Source: Candidatus Uhrbacteria bacterium | GTDB lineage: Bacteria; Patescibacteriota; Patescibacteriia; UBA9934 | Direction of reading: 5' to 3' | DNA length: 58,902 bases | Assembly (NCBI GenBank): GCA_903848275.1 | Contig: CAINGB010000030.1 | Span: 1-58,902 of the forward strand | Part shown: positions 1 through 9,493 of the stretch, piece after piece | How positions within the stretch are numbered: position 1 is the stretch's first letter | How the letters are laid out: the number at the start of each line of letters is the position of its first letter | Made by a program: the position numbers and the translations under genes | Notes under the pieces: model-generated | Told to the model about the DNA's origin: nothing | Databases searched by the model: none | Seen by the model: the letters and a program-made list of their open reading frames with translations, nothing else

Positions 1-522
1 GCGACGATTTGCTTGGGGAAAGCGTCCGCCACATTTGATACCGAGGGGCCGATTAGCGACGCCCCCTGCCCTGCTGTGACCATCGATGAACTGCTGACAG
101 CAATGAAAAAACAGGTTGGCGACATACTGCAACTGCCGCCCATGCACTCGGCCATAAAAATAGCTGGGAAAAAGTTATACGAGTTGGCTCGGCAAGGAAA
201 AGAGGTAGAGAGACCAGCAAGGGCCGTGACGGTCTATAATTTTGAGCTGGTCGATGACTTTGAGAACGGAATCGAGGCTCAGACGAGGCTCGAACTCCCG
301 ACGTCGATTAAGGTGAAGGTTCACTGTGGTTCGGGGACGTATATTCGGGCGATGGCTAGGGATTTGGGTGAGGCACTCGGGACGGCCGGCTACCTGACGG
401 CTTTGCGTAGGACGAGTATTGGCCCGTTTACGATTGAGAAAGGTGCTAAGCTTGACCAACTTTCCACGGAAAATTGGGTTGACGCTACTCTTCCTCCCGT
501 GCTACCTTTGAGCAGTAACTAA
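1..522 (+). CDS. truB: tRNA pseudouridine(55) synthase TruB, C-terminal part (5' end cut by window edge)
   Basis: Frame 1 open from nt 1 to TAA 520-522; KLYELARQG, HCGSGTYIRAMARDLG, LRRTSIGPF are TruB-like. Confidence 0.85.
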   Translation, partial: ATICLGKASATFDTEGPISDAPCPAVTIDELLTAMKKQVGDILQLPPMHSAIKIAGKKLYELARQGKEVERPARAVTVYNFELVDDFENGIEAQTRLELPTSIKVKVHCGSGTYIRAMARDLGEALGTAGYLTALRRTSIGPFTIEKGAKLDQLSTENWVDATLPPVLPLSSN

Positions 523-543
523 TGTTGTTGATCTTTAAATTTT

Positions 544-2073
544 ATGAACGTACTGAGTATTTTCGTCGCCCTGTTGGGCACGGGACTTGGTTTCGCGTTA
601 GGCTTTTACCTACGTCGTTTTTTAACAAAAAACACGGTTGGTAGTGCCGAACAGCGCGCCGAGGCCATTATCCAGGAAGCTAAGACCAAAGAAGCAGAAT
701 TGATCCTGCAGGCCAAAGAGAAAGCGATGAGTGTGGTTGAAGAGGGTCAACGAACAATCGACAGTCAACGCGGCGAACTTAAAACGGAACAAAATCGTTT
801 GGCCGAGCGCGAAGGCATGCTCGACAAAACGTTACTTGAGTTTGAGAACCGTCGGGCCAAGGTCGACCAAGAAAAAGAAGAGGTTGAGCTGCAGCGTTTG
901 ATGATTGCGGACAAAGTGGCCGAAGCTGAAACTAAGTTGCAACAGGTAGCTGGGTTATCTAAGCAACAGGCCGAAGAGATTCTGATGAAGCGCACCGAGG
1001 CTGAGTGTCAGGATGCGTTAATGAGCCGTATCCGCAAGCTCGACGAAGAGCAGGATGAAGCAGTTGAGGCCAAGGCACGCAAGATCCTTAGCTTGGCGAT
1101 TCAGCGCTTTGCTGGCAGCCATGTGGTCGACGCGACAACGACGCAGGTTCAACTGCCAAGTGACGAATATAAGGGCCGCATTATTGGTCGTGAAGGTCGC
1201 AACATCAAGACGCTCGAATTGCTGACTGGTTGTGAGTTCATTATTGACGACACCCCAGAGGCGATCACCATTAGCGGTTTCTCCCCTGTTCGCCGCCAGG
1301 TCGCTAAGAAGGCGCTCGAAATGCTCATGAAGGACGGCCGTATTCAGCCAGCTAAGATTGAGGACGCGATTAACGAGGCTAAGAAAGACTTAGCTAAGGA
1401 GATGAAGAAAGCTGGTGAAGATGCCTTGTACGAACTAGGCATTCCCGTGTCGTCGATTGACCCTAAGCTCGTGGCGATTTTGGGCCGCCTGAAGTTCCGC
1501 ACTAGCTACGGCCAGAACGTGCTGCAACATTCCATGGAAGTGGCCCGCATTTCCGGCATGATTGCGGAAGAGCTCGGCATGGATAGTTTTGCCTGTAAAA
1601 AGGGTGGTTTATTCCATGACATTGGTAAGGCCGTGGACCACGACATGCAAGGTGCTCATCCGCAGATTGGCTACAATGTGATGAAGAAGTTCGGCTTCCC
1701 GGAGGAGATGTGCTACCAGTCAATCGCTCACCACGAGGACCGACCACGGACGATTGAAGGCGTGATTGTGAAGGCGGCTGATGCGATTTCGGGAGCTCGT
1801 CCAGGTGCTCGCCGTAACTCGCTGGAAGATTACGTGCGTCGTTTGGAAGGATTGGAAACGGCAGCCATGAGTTTTGAAGGCGTCGAGAAAGTCTACGCTA
1901 TTCAAGCTGGTCGTGAAGTGCGTGTGTTCGTTGAGCCAACCAAGGTGGACGACATGGCCGCCTACAGCTTGGCCCGCGATATTGCCAAAAAGATTGAAGC
2001 TGAATTGCAGTATCCAGGCGAGGTAAGAGTCACCGTAATTCGTGAGACTCGCGTCATTGAGTACGCTCGATAG
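544..2073 (+). CDS. rny: ribonuclease Y
   Basis: 509 aa; N-terminal TM helix, coiled coil, KH motif GRIIGREGRNIKTLE, HD motif LFHDIGKA. Confidence 0.9.
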   Translation: MNVLSIFVALLGTGLGFALGFYLRRFLTKNTVGSAEQRAEAIIQEAKTKEAELILQAKEKAMSVVEEGQRTIDSQRGELKTEQNRLAEREGMLDKTLLEFENRRAKVDQEKEEVELQRLMIADKVAEAETKLQQVAGLSKQQAEEILMKRTEAECQDALMSRIRKLDEEQDEAVEAKARKILSLAIQRFAGSHVVDATTTQVQLPSDEYKGRIIGREGRNIKTLELLTGCEFIIDDTPEAITISGFSPVRRQVAKKALEMLMKDGRIQPAKIEDAINEAKKDLAKEMKKAGEDALYELGIPVSSIDPKLVAILGRLKFRTSYGQNVLQHSMEVARISGMIAEELGMDSFACKKGGLFHDIGKAVDHDMQGAHPQIGYNVMKKFGFPEEMCYQSIAHHEDRPRTIEGVIVKAADAISGARPGARRNSLEDYVRRLEGLETAAMSFEGVEKVYAIQAGREVRVFVEPTKVDDMAAYSLARDIAKKIEAELQYPGEVRVTVIRETRVIEYAR

Positions 2074-2152
2074 AGACCAAAGTAGAGCGAGGACTTGCAT
2101 TAATTACGATACTTGGCTAAGATAAGCCCATTCCAATTCATTTACTCGCTCT

Positions 2153-2443
2153 ATGAACAAAGCTCAACTCGCTCTCCGCATTGCAGAGAAGCTCGAACTC
2201 CCCAAGAAGACCGCTGAGGATTTTGTCGAATTGTTTGAGGACTTAGTAACTGAAGCGTTGTGTAAGAGTGAAGAAGTAACCATTGCTGGCTTTGGCACTT
2301 TCTCCTCTAAGATTCGCTCCGCTCGCATGGGTGTGAATCCACAGAAGCCAAGCGAGAAGATGCAGATCCCTGCCGTACGCGTACCAAAGTTTAAAGCTGG
2401 TAAGGCCCTGAAGGATGCCTTGAAACGCAAGACTGCGGAGTAA
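2153..2443 (+). CDS. hup: HU family DNA-binding protein
   Basis: 96 aa; GFGTF...RMGVNPQKPSEKMQIPA..VPKFKAGKALK arm signature. Confidence 0.9.
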   Translation: MNKAQLALRIAEKLELPKKTAEDFVELFEDLVTEALCKSEEVTIAGFGTFSSKIRSARMGVNPQKPSEKMQIPAVRVPKFKAGKALKDALKRKTAE

Positions 2444-2583
2444 GTGAGAATTAATTCAAGTCCCGGTCTCGATGAGGCCGGGACTTGTTGTTTGCGGAAA
2501 AGAAGATGCCGACTACCCGCGAGGAGTAGTCGGCACCGAGGGAGCACGACGACTCGTCAGAACTGGTGCGCGGCGCCAGTTCG

Positions 2584-2730
2584 TCAGATCGTGATGCTGA
2601 GGAGCGTGCCGCCGTCGGTGGAGACATGCCCACCGTCCATCTCGTCGCTGACGTGGCCGCCGTCCATGGCGTCCGTGATGCCGCCGCTGATGATGTCGGC
2701 GGTGATGAGTTCGAGGATGCGCTTCATCAT
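2584..2730 (-). CDS. hypothetical 48-aa acidic repeat peptide (MMKRILELITADIISGGITDAMDGGHVSDEMDGGHVSTDGGTLLSITI)
   Basis: Hand-translated ORF below the track cutoff; AGGGA 8 nt upstream of ATG; strong hairpin plus U-run terminator 2497-2534 downstream; GC-rich. Confidence 0.35.
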   Translation of the reverse strand: MMKRILELITADIISGGITDAMDGGHVSDEMDGGHVSTDGGTLLSITI

Positions 2731-2872
2731 GTTACGAGTCCCTGGCTGGAATTATCGCGTGGCCTGGGAGGATCTCAGGTCAGTCGATAGGAATAGCATA
2801 GCATTCGTAGGATGAATTTGCAAAAATAATACGCCCGGCCGGAATGGCTGGGCGTATTATTTTTTACAGAAA

Positions 2873-4129
2873 TTATTTGAAAGCAATGACTTTGGCGATT
2901 ACCTCACCGAGGGAGACACGAGTAGCATCGCCAGCGGTGCGTTCTTTCCACTCTACTTGGTTGTCCGCCAAGGTCTTGTCCGAGATGACCAGGCGAAGTG
3001 GTAGGCCGGTGAGATCTGCGTCGCCGAACTTGGCGCCGGGAGAAAGCTCGCGGTCGTCCCAAAGAACAGAGATGCCGGCGGTTTGGAGATCGGAGTAAAG
3101 CTTAGCGGCGGCGTCAAGAACTGGTGTAGCGTTGTCGCGGCCGGGAATAGAGACGAGGTACACGAGGGCTGGGGCGACTGCTTTGGGCCAGATGATGCCC
3201 TTCTCGTCGTTGTACTTCTCGACGATAACGCCCATAACGCGGGAGATGCCGATACCGTAGCAGCCCATGATTGGGTATTGCTTTTTGTCAGCCTCGTCGA
3301 CGTAGCTCAAGTCAAAATCCTTGCCGTACTTTTGACCGAGGTCAAAGACGTTGCCGACTTCGCAGGCACGACCAGCGACCAAGCCGCCATTACCACAAGG
3401 GCAAACGGCACCAGCGACAGTCTTGGTAATTTCCGTGTTCACACAGTAGTCGCAAGCTTCGCAGTAGAGAATGTCGTCTTCGCCGGCGTCGGTGAGGACC
3501 ATGAACTCGTAGGAGACTTTAGTGGTGAAGGCGCCGCCCGAGGCTTCCGTGACTTTAGCGACGAGGCCCAGACGCGAGAAGACGCGGAGATATGCCTGTT
3601 TGGCTTCGCGGTAGAATTTATCGAAATCTTCCTGGGTGGTGTGAAAGCTGTACATGTCCTTCATGAGGAATTCGCGACCACGCATAATGCCACTTTTGGC
3701 GCGCAGTTCATCGCGGTACTTCCAGCCGATTTGGTAGGTTTTGACGGGGAGCTGTTTGTAGGACAGGACACGGGACATAACGAGTGGCGTCACCACTTCC
3801 TCCTCACTTTGACCCATGGCGTAGTCGTTGCCGGTGCGCGAGTTGATTTTGAAGAGGACGTCAATATTGTCCCAACCGCCAGTTTTAACCCAATTGGCTT
3901 TAGGGTGAAGAGTCGGCATGAGGACCTCGGAAGCGCCAAGAGCGTCCATTTCTTCGCGGACGATTTGTTCGATATTACGCAAAGTGCGGAGGCCAAGCGG
4001 CAAATATGAATAGACGCCGGCCATTAATTGGTCGACGAAGCCAGCCTGCTGGAGCAACTTAGCATTGATTGTTTCCGCGTCAGCAGGCGCTGATTTGGAG
4101 GTCTTAACGAAAGATTGGGATAAACGCAT
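2873..4129 (-). CDS. proS: proline--tRNA ligase (short form, no INS editing domain)
   Basis: 418 aa; class II motifs FLMKDMYSFH and GCYGIGISRV; N-terminus typical of ProRS. Confidence 0.9.
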   Translation of the reverse strand: MRLSQSFVKTSKSAPADAETINAKLLQQAGFVDQLMAGVYSYLPLGLRTLRNIEQIVREEMDALGASEVLMPTLHPKANWVKTGGWDNIDVLFKINSRTGNDYAMGQSEEEVVTPLVMSRVLSYKQLPVKTYQIGWKYRDELRAKSGIMRGREFLMKDMYSFHTTQEDFDKFYREAKQAYLRVFSRLGLVAKVTEASGGAFTTKVSYEFMVLTDAGEDDILYCEACDYCVNTEITKTVAGAVCPCGNGGLVAGRACEVGNVFDLGQKYGKDFDLSYVDEADKKQYPIMGCYGIGISRVMGVIVEKYNDEKGIIWPKAVAPALVYLVSIPGRDNATPVLDAAAKLYSDLQTAGISVLWDDRELSPGAKFGDADLTGLPLRLVISDKTLADNQVEWKERTAGDATRVSLGEVIAKVIAFK

Positions 4130-4205
4130 AGTTATTTGATAGTAATGAAACTGAGGAAATTGCGCAAATGCAAAACCAGAGGACTGCTCTGGCTTCGATT
4201 AAGAG

Positions 4206-4409
4206 CTAGTTCACCACCACCCACTGCCCAATAAAGTGGGTCAAAATGAGGGCAATGCCGATGCCCATGAAGACGAGGGCGACGGTGAAGATGCCTTTGG
4301 CCTCGTGGTCGTCGTTCATGAAGGAGACGAAGATGAAGCCAGCAAAGCCGACAATAAGGAGGAATGGGACGCCGGCCAGAACGAGGCCGACGAGGAGGAG
4401 CATGGACAT
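4206..4409 (-). CDS. small membrane protein, 2 TM helices
   Basis: 67 aa, two hydrophobic helices; hairpin terminator 4172-4195 downstream. Confidence 0.5.
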   Translation of the reverse strand: MSMLLLVGLVLAGVPFLLIVGFAGFIFVSFMNDDHEAKGIFTVALVFMGIGIALILTHFIGQWVVVN

Positions 4410-4659
4410 AGAGAGACGCTTCGTTGATGATATTTGTTTTCTAGCTGCGCCTCGTCAACCGTACCGGCTGGCTCACCTCGTATGACTCGGGGGCCGGCAC
4501 AGGGCCAAGGCTGGCGTCGTCAACAAACATCATCAACAAATCGGTGTTAAGGTTAAGGTAAGTATAGCACAAGCGACGAGGGTAAAAAAGAAAGAACCCC
4601 GCCGCGCAGTTGCGGAGGGGTTCAGTCCAGGCCGTACGAGGACGGCGTGGGAGACGCGG

Positions 4660-5004
4660 CTAGCAGAGCCGCTTGGGGTGGGTGGCGCACCGCACGCCCT
4701 GGTTGACCTGCTGGTCGTGATGCTCGACGATGGCGCGGACCACGAGGTGGCGGTGCTCGACCAGCCGGATGGGCTTGATGACCAGGCCGTGGGCGTCACG
4801 CGGCAGCTCGGCGCGCGGCAGTTCGAGACCGCTGACCAGACGCTGGAGCCGGTTGGCCTCGACGGTGGTGAGCGAGGTGGCCCGGCGCTCGAAGATCGGG
4901 AGAGCGATGGCCAGGAACTTGGCGGCGTGGGACTGCTTATGGCAGCGCTTCTTGCGGGAGGGATCCCGGACGGGGCGGAGGGGTTCGACGGAGGCGATGA
5001 TCAA
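4660..5004 (-). CDS. hypothetical protein (GC-rich island, TTG start)
   Basis: C-terminal 114 codons of track ORF 4660..5436 read protein-like; GAAGGTG 4 nt before TTG at 5004; terminator 4584-4623. Confidence 0.3.
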   Translation of the reverse strand: MIIASVEPLRPVRDPSRKKRCHKQSHAAKFLAIALPIFERRATSLTTVEANRLQRLVSGLELPRAELPRDAHGLVIKPIRLVEHRHLVVRAIVEHHDQQVNQGVRCATHPKRLC

Positions 5005-5110
5005 GTTACACCTTCTGGGTACGGGGATTGGGGAAACCGAGCAGAGCTGCGCGGCGAGAGGATAGTGCCTGAGATTGGCCGAAAAGTCAAGTTGAGAGCC
5101 CGCCAACTGA

Positions 5111-5401
5111 CTAGACAATCTCGACGTAGCTGCCGCCCTTGGCCCGGGGGAACTCTTGAGAAACCACCGCCGTCTGGTCGGCGCAAGGTGCGATGTTCGT
5201 AGCCCGAGCGGCGGCCTGAGCTGAGGCGATGACCCTGGCGGCAGCACGCTCGAGCTTGCGCCGACGACGCTCGGTGATGCGACGATGCCGAGGTACTGCC
5301 TCAATCGAGTCATCGTATTGCGAGTCTGAGGTGGATGAACGCTGGCTGCTCTGACGCGAACGGCCGCGCTGGTGAGGACGGAAGGAGGAGGGGAAAGCCA
5401 A
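5111..5401 (-). CDS. hypothetical basic protein (GC-rich island, TTG start)
   Basis: 96 aa; GAGG 5 nt upstream of TTG; Arg-rich helix RRITERRRRKLERAAARVIA. Confidence 0.35.
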   Translation of the reverse strand: MAFPSSFRPHQRGRSRQSSQRSSTSDSQYDDSIEAVPRHRRITERRRRKLERAAARVIASAQAAARATNIAPCADQTAVVSQEFPRAKGGSYVEIV

Positions 5402-5542
5402 TTGCGCCTCGTTGACAGGTGAGAATGACGCTCCAACGGGATGCTGGAGTGAGAGTATGGTGCCGAGGAATTAGGGGGAAGTCAAGCAGTAGGGGGCCTC
5501 ACCTCACAAACAAAAATATGGCGACCAAAGTCGTCATATTCT

Positions 5543-5619
5543 TGGTGAGGCTTGAGGGACTCGAACCCCCGACCTTCTGGTTCGAAGCCAGACGCTCTAT
5601 CCAGCTGAGCTAAAACCTC
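5543..5619 (-). tRNA. tRNA-Arg (anticodon TCG), CCA encoded
   Basis: Hand-folded cloverleaf: acceptor GAGGTTT/AAGCCTC, anticodon loop CTTCGAA, T-loop TTCGAGT. Confidence 0.95.
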
Positions 5620-5835
5620 TCACTTACCGGACAGTCTTCCACTCGGTTTCGTGAAAAACTATCTCACCTTCGTTCTCGACTGTCCGCCACTCGCGTCGCC
5701 TCGCTGAAGCTCGGCGGTGGCTCGAGGCTCGTAACTGATAAGTAACTCCCCGATATTAGCTCAAATATTGACTTTGGTCAATGAGTGTGGCATTCTTTGC
5801 CTCGTCAGATAACACCATAAACGCCCAGGCATTGG

Positions 5836-5910
5836 GCATCGGTAGCTCAGCGGTAGAGCAGGTGACTCTTAATCACTTGGTCGTGGGTTCGAATCCCGCC
5901 CGGTGCACCA
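5836..5910 (+). tRNA. tRNA-Lys (anticodon CTT), CCA encoded
   Basis: Acceptor GCATCGG/CCGGTGC, anticodon loop CTCTTAA, T-loop TTCGAAT. Confidence 0.95.
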
Positions 5911-5975
5911 AAATTTCCAGACTCTGGTCTGGATTTTTTGTATCCACACGGAGCCAAGTCAAAGCGGCGGTAAAA

Positions 5976-5984
5976 TGTTATAAT
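5976..5984 (+). promoter_or_regulatory. extended -10 box TGtTATAAT, 8 nt before ATG 5993 (leaderless mRNA predicted)
   Basis: Sequence tgttataat at 5976-5984; no SD between box and ATG. Confidence 0.5.
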
Positions 5985-5992
5985 TTTGTTAT

Positions 5993-6562
5993 ATGACCGA
6001 CTTCCATACGGCACCGATACCGATGAGCAGTAATTTTGCGCCGAAAACTTTTAGTCCGAGCATGATGGCTCCCCCACTGGCTGCCCATGCGCCGAGTCGA
6101 CAAGAAGATACGGTAGGCGAAGAAAGTGAGAGCTTGAAGCACTTGGTGGCTCAGCCTTATAGTGAACGATCGCACAAGACTGAGAAAGCTGAAGCGCCAA
6201 AAGTTAAGAAGGCTGAAGTGAAAGCCCACGAGAAAGCAGAACCTGAACATGAATCGCATCATGGTGGTATTACCTTGAAAACTGGTGGAGCATTAATAGT
6301 TGAAGGAGCTCGGGGATTGAGGCGACAGGTAGCAAAGATGGTGCATCATGGTAAATCTACTTATGCCGGTTTGAGTCATGGTGACCAGCATTTGTTCGTA
6401 GATAAGATTGTGAAGCACGCTAGAGCCTTGACGACTGGCTCAAAGATTGGTTTTACAACTAGACGTAATATTAAGGAGTCACTGCGTGCCGATTATTTGA
6501 AAGGTAAAATCACTTCGACTGACGTCAAGAAAATGAACGAATTAACTGACACTTTGCATTAA
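5993..6562 (+). CDS. hypothetical protein
   Basis: 189 aa ORF; Lys/Glu-rich middle, no recognisable motif. Confidence 0.5.
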   Translation: MTDFHTAPIPMSSNFAPKTFSPSMMAPPLAAHAPSRQEDTVGEESESLKHLVAQPYSERSHKTEKAEAPKVKKAEVKAHEKAEPEHESHHGGITLKTGGALIVEGARGLRRQVAKMVHHGKSTYAGLSHGDQHLFVDKIVKHARALTTGSKIGFTTRRNIKESLRADYLKGKITSTDVKKMNELTDTLH

Positions 6563-6565
6563 TCT

Positions 6566-7615
6566 ATGCTCGAAAAAATCTTTTTGACCATGCTGCTGTT
6601 CGTGCCGGTGACGCTCGTCGCACATTTCCTCAACCTCTCTCCCCTCTTGGTCTTCTTCCTCTCGGCCGTGGCGATTGTGCCGCTGGCTAAGTTTATTGGT
6701 GAAGCGACGGAGGAACTCGCGGTGCATACAGGGCCGGCGCTTGGCGGATTATTAAGCGCGACGTTTGGTAATGCCACCGAGCTGATTATTGCGATTTTTG
6801 CGATTCGGGCGGGGCTCGTTGAGGTGGTTAAGGCGTCGATTACTGGTTCGATTATTGGTAACTTGCTGTTGGTACTTGGCATGTCGATTTTCTTCGGTGG
6901 GATGAAGTACAAGAAGCAGAAGTTCAACAAGACGTTGGCCATGGCGAGTGCGTCGACCTTGCTCTTGGCAGTGATTGCTTTGATTATTCCAGCCATCTTC
7001 GTCATTACGGCACCGGAAGCTGGAAGTAAGATTATTGAGGAGTTGAGTGTGGCGGTGTCGTTTTTGATGATTGGCGTTTATTTGGCCAGTTTGTTGTTCT
7101 CGCTGCGAACACATAAGCATTTGTATGCGGCTGAGGTTGGTAAGGAAGAAGCTGACTGGAGCTTGGCCAAGAGCCTAGTCATCCTAATTGTGGCCACTTT
7201 GGCCGTAGCCTGGATGAGTGAAATCTTAGTCGGTGCGATTGAACCGGCGGTAGCGGTGCTTGGTTGGACTGACTTGTTCATAGGTGTCATCTTCATTGCG
7301 ATTATTGGAAATGCGGCGGAACACACGAGTGCGATTACCATGGCGGTTAAAAATAAAATGGACCTGACACTGCAGATCTCCATTGGTTCCGCCACCCAAA
7401 TTGCCATGTTTGTGACGCCGGTACTCGTCCTGATTAGCGTCTTCTTCCCTACTCAAATGAGCCTGATTTTTAACACGTTCGAACTGGTGGTCATTCTTTT
7501 CTCCGTATTCATCGCGAACTTGATTATTCAGGACGGAGAGACGAATTGGTTCGAGGGGTTACAGCTGCTCGTGGCGTACGGAATAATTGCCGTAGCATTC
7601 TTCTTTCACCCGTAA
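6566..7615 (+). CDS. CaCA family calcium/cation:proton antiporter
   Basis: 349 aa polytopic; two alpha-repeat motifs GNATELIIAI and GNAAEHTSAI. Confidence 0.85.
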   Translation: MLEKIFLTMLLFVPVTLVAHFLNLSPLLVFFLSAVAIVPLAKFIGEATEELAVHTGPALGGLLSATFGNATELIIAIFAIRAGLVEVVKASITGSIIGNLLLVLGMSIFFGGMKYKKQKFNKTLAMASASTLLLAVIALIIPAIFVITAPEAGSKIIEELSVAVSFLMIGVYLASLLFSLRTHKHLYAAEVGKEEADWSLAKSLVILIVATLAVAWMSEILVGAIEPAVAVLGWTDLFIGVIFIAIIGNAAEHTSAITMAVKNKMDLTLQISIGSATQIAMFVTPVLVLISVFFPTQMSLIFNTFELVVILFSVFIANLIIQDGETNWFEGLQLLVAYGIIAVAFFFHP

Positions 7616-7617
7616 TT

Positions 7618-9465
7618 ATGGCAAAATCTCAATTAATGCGAAGGGTTTCAAGGGAACAAGCGCCGGAGGAGAGACAGAAGGCTGCTGAGATGATTAAGAC
7701 TAAAAGGACTGAGCATTTCGCTAGGCGGTCACAATTAGAAACCGAACTGCCGGAACGAGAAATAGAGTTGGCGGAAAAATTACGTGGCCTGCAGGAACTA
7801 GCCACCGAATTAGATCGGCTAAACGATGAGCTCCCGTCAGATTTAGATAATTATTTAAAGATCCAAAAAATGAAAGCGGATCTGGAGCTAGGTCAAAAAA
7901 GTTATGATGAGTTGCTGCACTGGCAGGCCATGGAACGGGCTGAACAAAAACATTTATTAGACAATAGCAATTTGGCGCCTAAAATGCAGGATGCAGCTAA
8001 TTTGCTAGATAAGTTCTACGCCGAGCAAGAGAAACAGTGGACTGAAAGTGAAGTCTCTAAGGAGATGATTATTGAGAATTTTTCTGATGAACATCTGGCC
8101 TCCCTCTCAATCGAGGATTATGTTTTGTTACTCAAAAGATTCCCTAGTAATTTAGTCACTCATGTCACGAGACAAGGGATTCGAGACCACGTGGGCATGG
8201 TTTATCACACGGCTGGTGAAGGTGCTTATACGCCAGGATTCATGAAAATGCTGGCTGATGGTCGACTGCGTTCGCCACTCGGCGTCAAGATGCTGGAAGG
8301 GGAAAAAGACCAGGCGATAGCTAAATACCTAGGACTAAGTAAGTGTAAAAATAGAAATGAGCCGCAAGTACGTTTGAATGTGCTGAGTATTGTTGAAGGT
8401 TACGCTGATACGAACGCTATACATTTCGCCACCGAAGATGTGGCTGATCATCTGTACGGTTCGGAAAAAGGTAACGAAATAGCAATTGTCTACCCATCAG
8501 CCTTCATAGCCTCGCAATATTATTTTAGTGGGCCATCCTTAGCATACGGTGATAAAGCATACTCAAATGACCAGTGGGTTTGGGCCAGTGAAGAGCATGG
8601 TATGGATCTAGCGGCGGGTTTAATCTTTATTCCTGGTGACGCCATGGTCGACGCTGAAACTGGTTCTCGCTATGCACTGAACGAGAAAAATGAACCGATA
8701 ATTAACACAGATTACCAGGAAAAACTGCGCCGCGTGTTGGCGACTCCAGATTTTGCTTCATTGGCTGAGAATATTAAGCAGGTGCAAAGGCAGTGGAACA
8801 CATATTCCCGTAAATTAGATGATCCAAGATTGCAGGACGGATATGGCCGCCTGTGGGATGACTTACAACCATTTATCGAACGACTAGTCGATGAATTTGG
8901 CATTACCGATAACCGTTTACAGCTAGCAATGATGGAGCCGGCAACACTGAGCGACATGCTAAGCTGCAACCAGGATCCAAACAAGATAAATCATGTCATA
9001 AATGAAACTTTAAAAACTAAGGGTATCCTCTTCAAAGAGACGAAAAATCCTGTCCCTTCGCAAAAATTCTGGGAGAATTACTTAACTCAGCAGCCAACTA
9101 AAACTCCACTAAAAATAGTTTATTACAAAGGTGGTGACCCGACAACGGCAGTTAATGCCTGGCGTGAGCAAAATGGTTTAATCAAGAGGTCGACCGATGA
9201 TAATCTAGGCTTTCCGGAACGAAGTGTCGAACGTGATTCGCCCGAAGCGACTGTCGGACATGATAGGTTTACAGCAATTGCGCAGAAAATCTTTGACTAT
9301 CATTACCCGGTGCTTTTCAGAACAATGATAAATGGTCGGGAAACGGAGATAATCCCGACTGAGGAATACTATAAAAATGATAACGATGAGGAAATTCCGC
9401 CCGATCCTGATGACGATAACCTGCCACCAGCCTGGCGAACTACACCGAAGAAAGACTGGCTATAG
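7618..9465 (+). CDS. hypothetical 615-aa protein, coiled-coil N-terminus
   Basis: Long ORF; ATG 7618 (MAKSQLMRR) directly after antiporter stop; low GC; no motif recognised. Confidence 0.6.
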   Translation: MAKSQLMRRVSREQAPEERQKAAEMIKTKRTEHFARRSQLETELPEREIELAEKLRGLQELATELDRLNDELPSDLDNYLKIQKMKADLELGQKSYDELLHWQAMERAEQKHLLDNSNLAPKMQDAANLLDKFYAEQEKQWTESEVSKEMIIENFSDEHLASLSIEDYVLLLKRFPSNLVTHVTRQGIRDHVGMVYHTAGEGAYTPGFMKMLADGRLRSPLGVKMLEGEKDQAIAKYLGLSKCKNRNEPQVRLNVLSIVEGYADTNAIHFATEDVADHLYGSEKGNEIAIVYPSAFIASQYYFSGPSLAYGDKAYSNDQWVWASEEHGMDLAAGLIFIPGDAMVDAETGSRYALNEKNEPIINTDYQEKLRRVLATPDFASLAENIKQVQRQWNTYSRKLDDPRLQDGYGRLWDDLQPFIERLVDEFGITDNRLQLAMMEPATLSDMLSCNQDPNKINHVINETLKTKGILFKETKNPVPSQKFWENYLTQQPTKTPLKIVYYKGGDPTTAVNAWREQNGLIKRSTDDNLGFPERSVERDSPEATVGHDRFTAIAQKIFDYHYPVLFRTMINGRETEIIPTEEYYKNDNDEEIPPDPDDDNLPPAWRTTPKKDWL

Positions 9466-9476
9466 TGGTACACTTG

Positions 9477-9485
9477 TGTTACACT
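9477..9485 (+). promoter_or_regulatory. extended -10 box TGtTACACT, 8 nt before ATG 9494 (leaderless)
   Basis: tgttacact at 9477-9485. Confidence 0.45.
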
Positions 9486-9493
9486 GTAAATAT

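Noticed and set aside
4420-4660. Direct repeat of the tRNA-Arg 3' end (an att site) at the far boundary of the island.
   Set aside because: Only a 6-nt match (gactcg, near 4484) was found by eye, which is not distinguishable from chance. This needs a computational search.
4660-5436. A single 258-aa ORF spanning the whole tRNA-Arg-adjacent island.
   Set aside because: Its N-terminal 140 residues are Ser/Pro/Arg-rich, like an out-of-frame reading of GC-rich DNA. A different frame (5111..5401) gives a more protein-like sequence with an SD. The C-terminal third has its own SD and a TTG start. A two-gene model is preferred, at low confidence.
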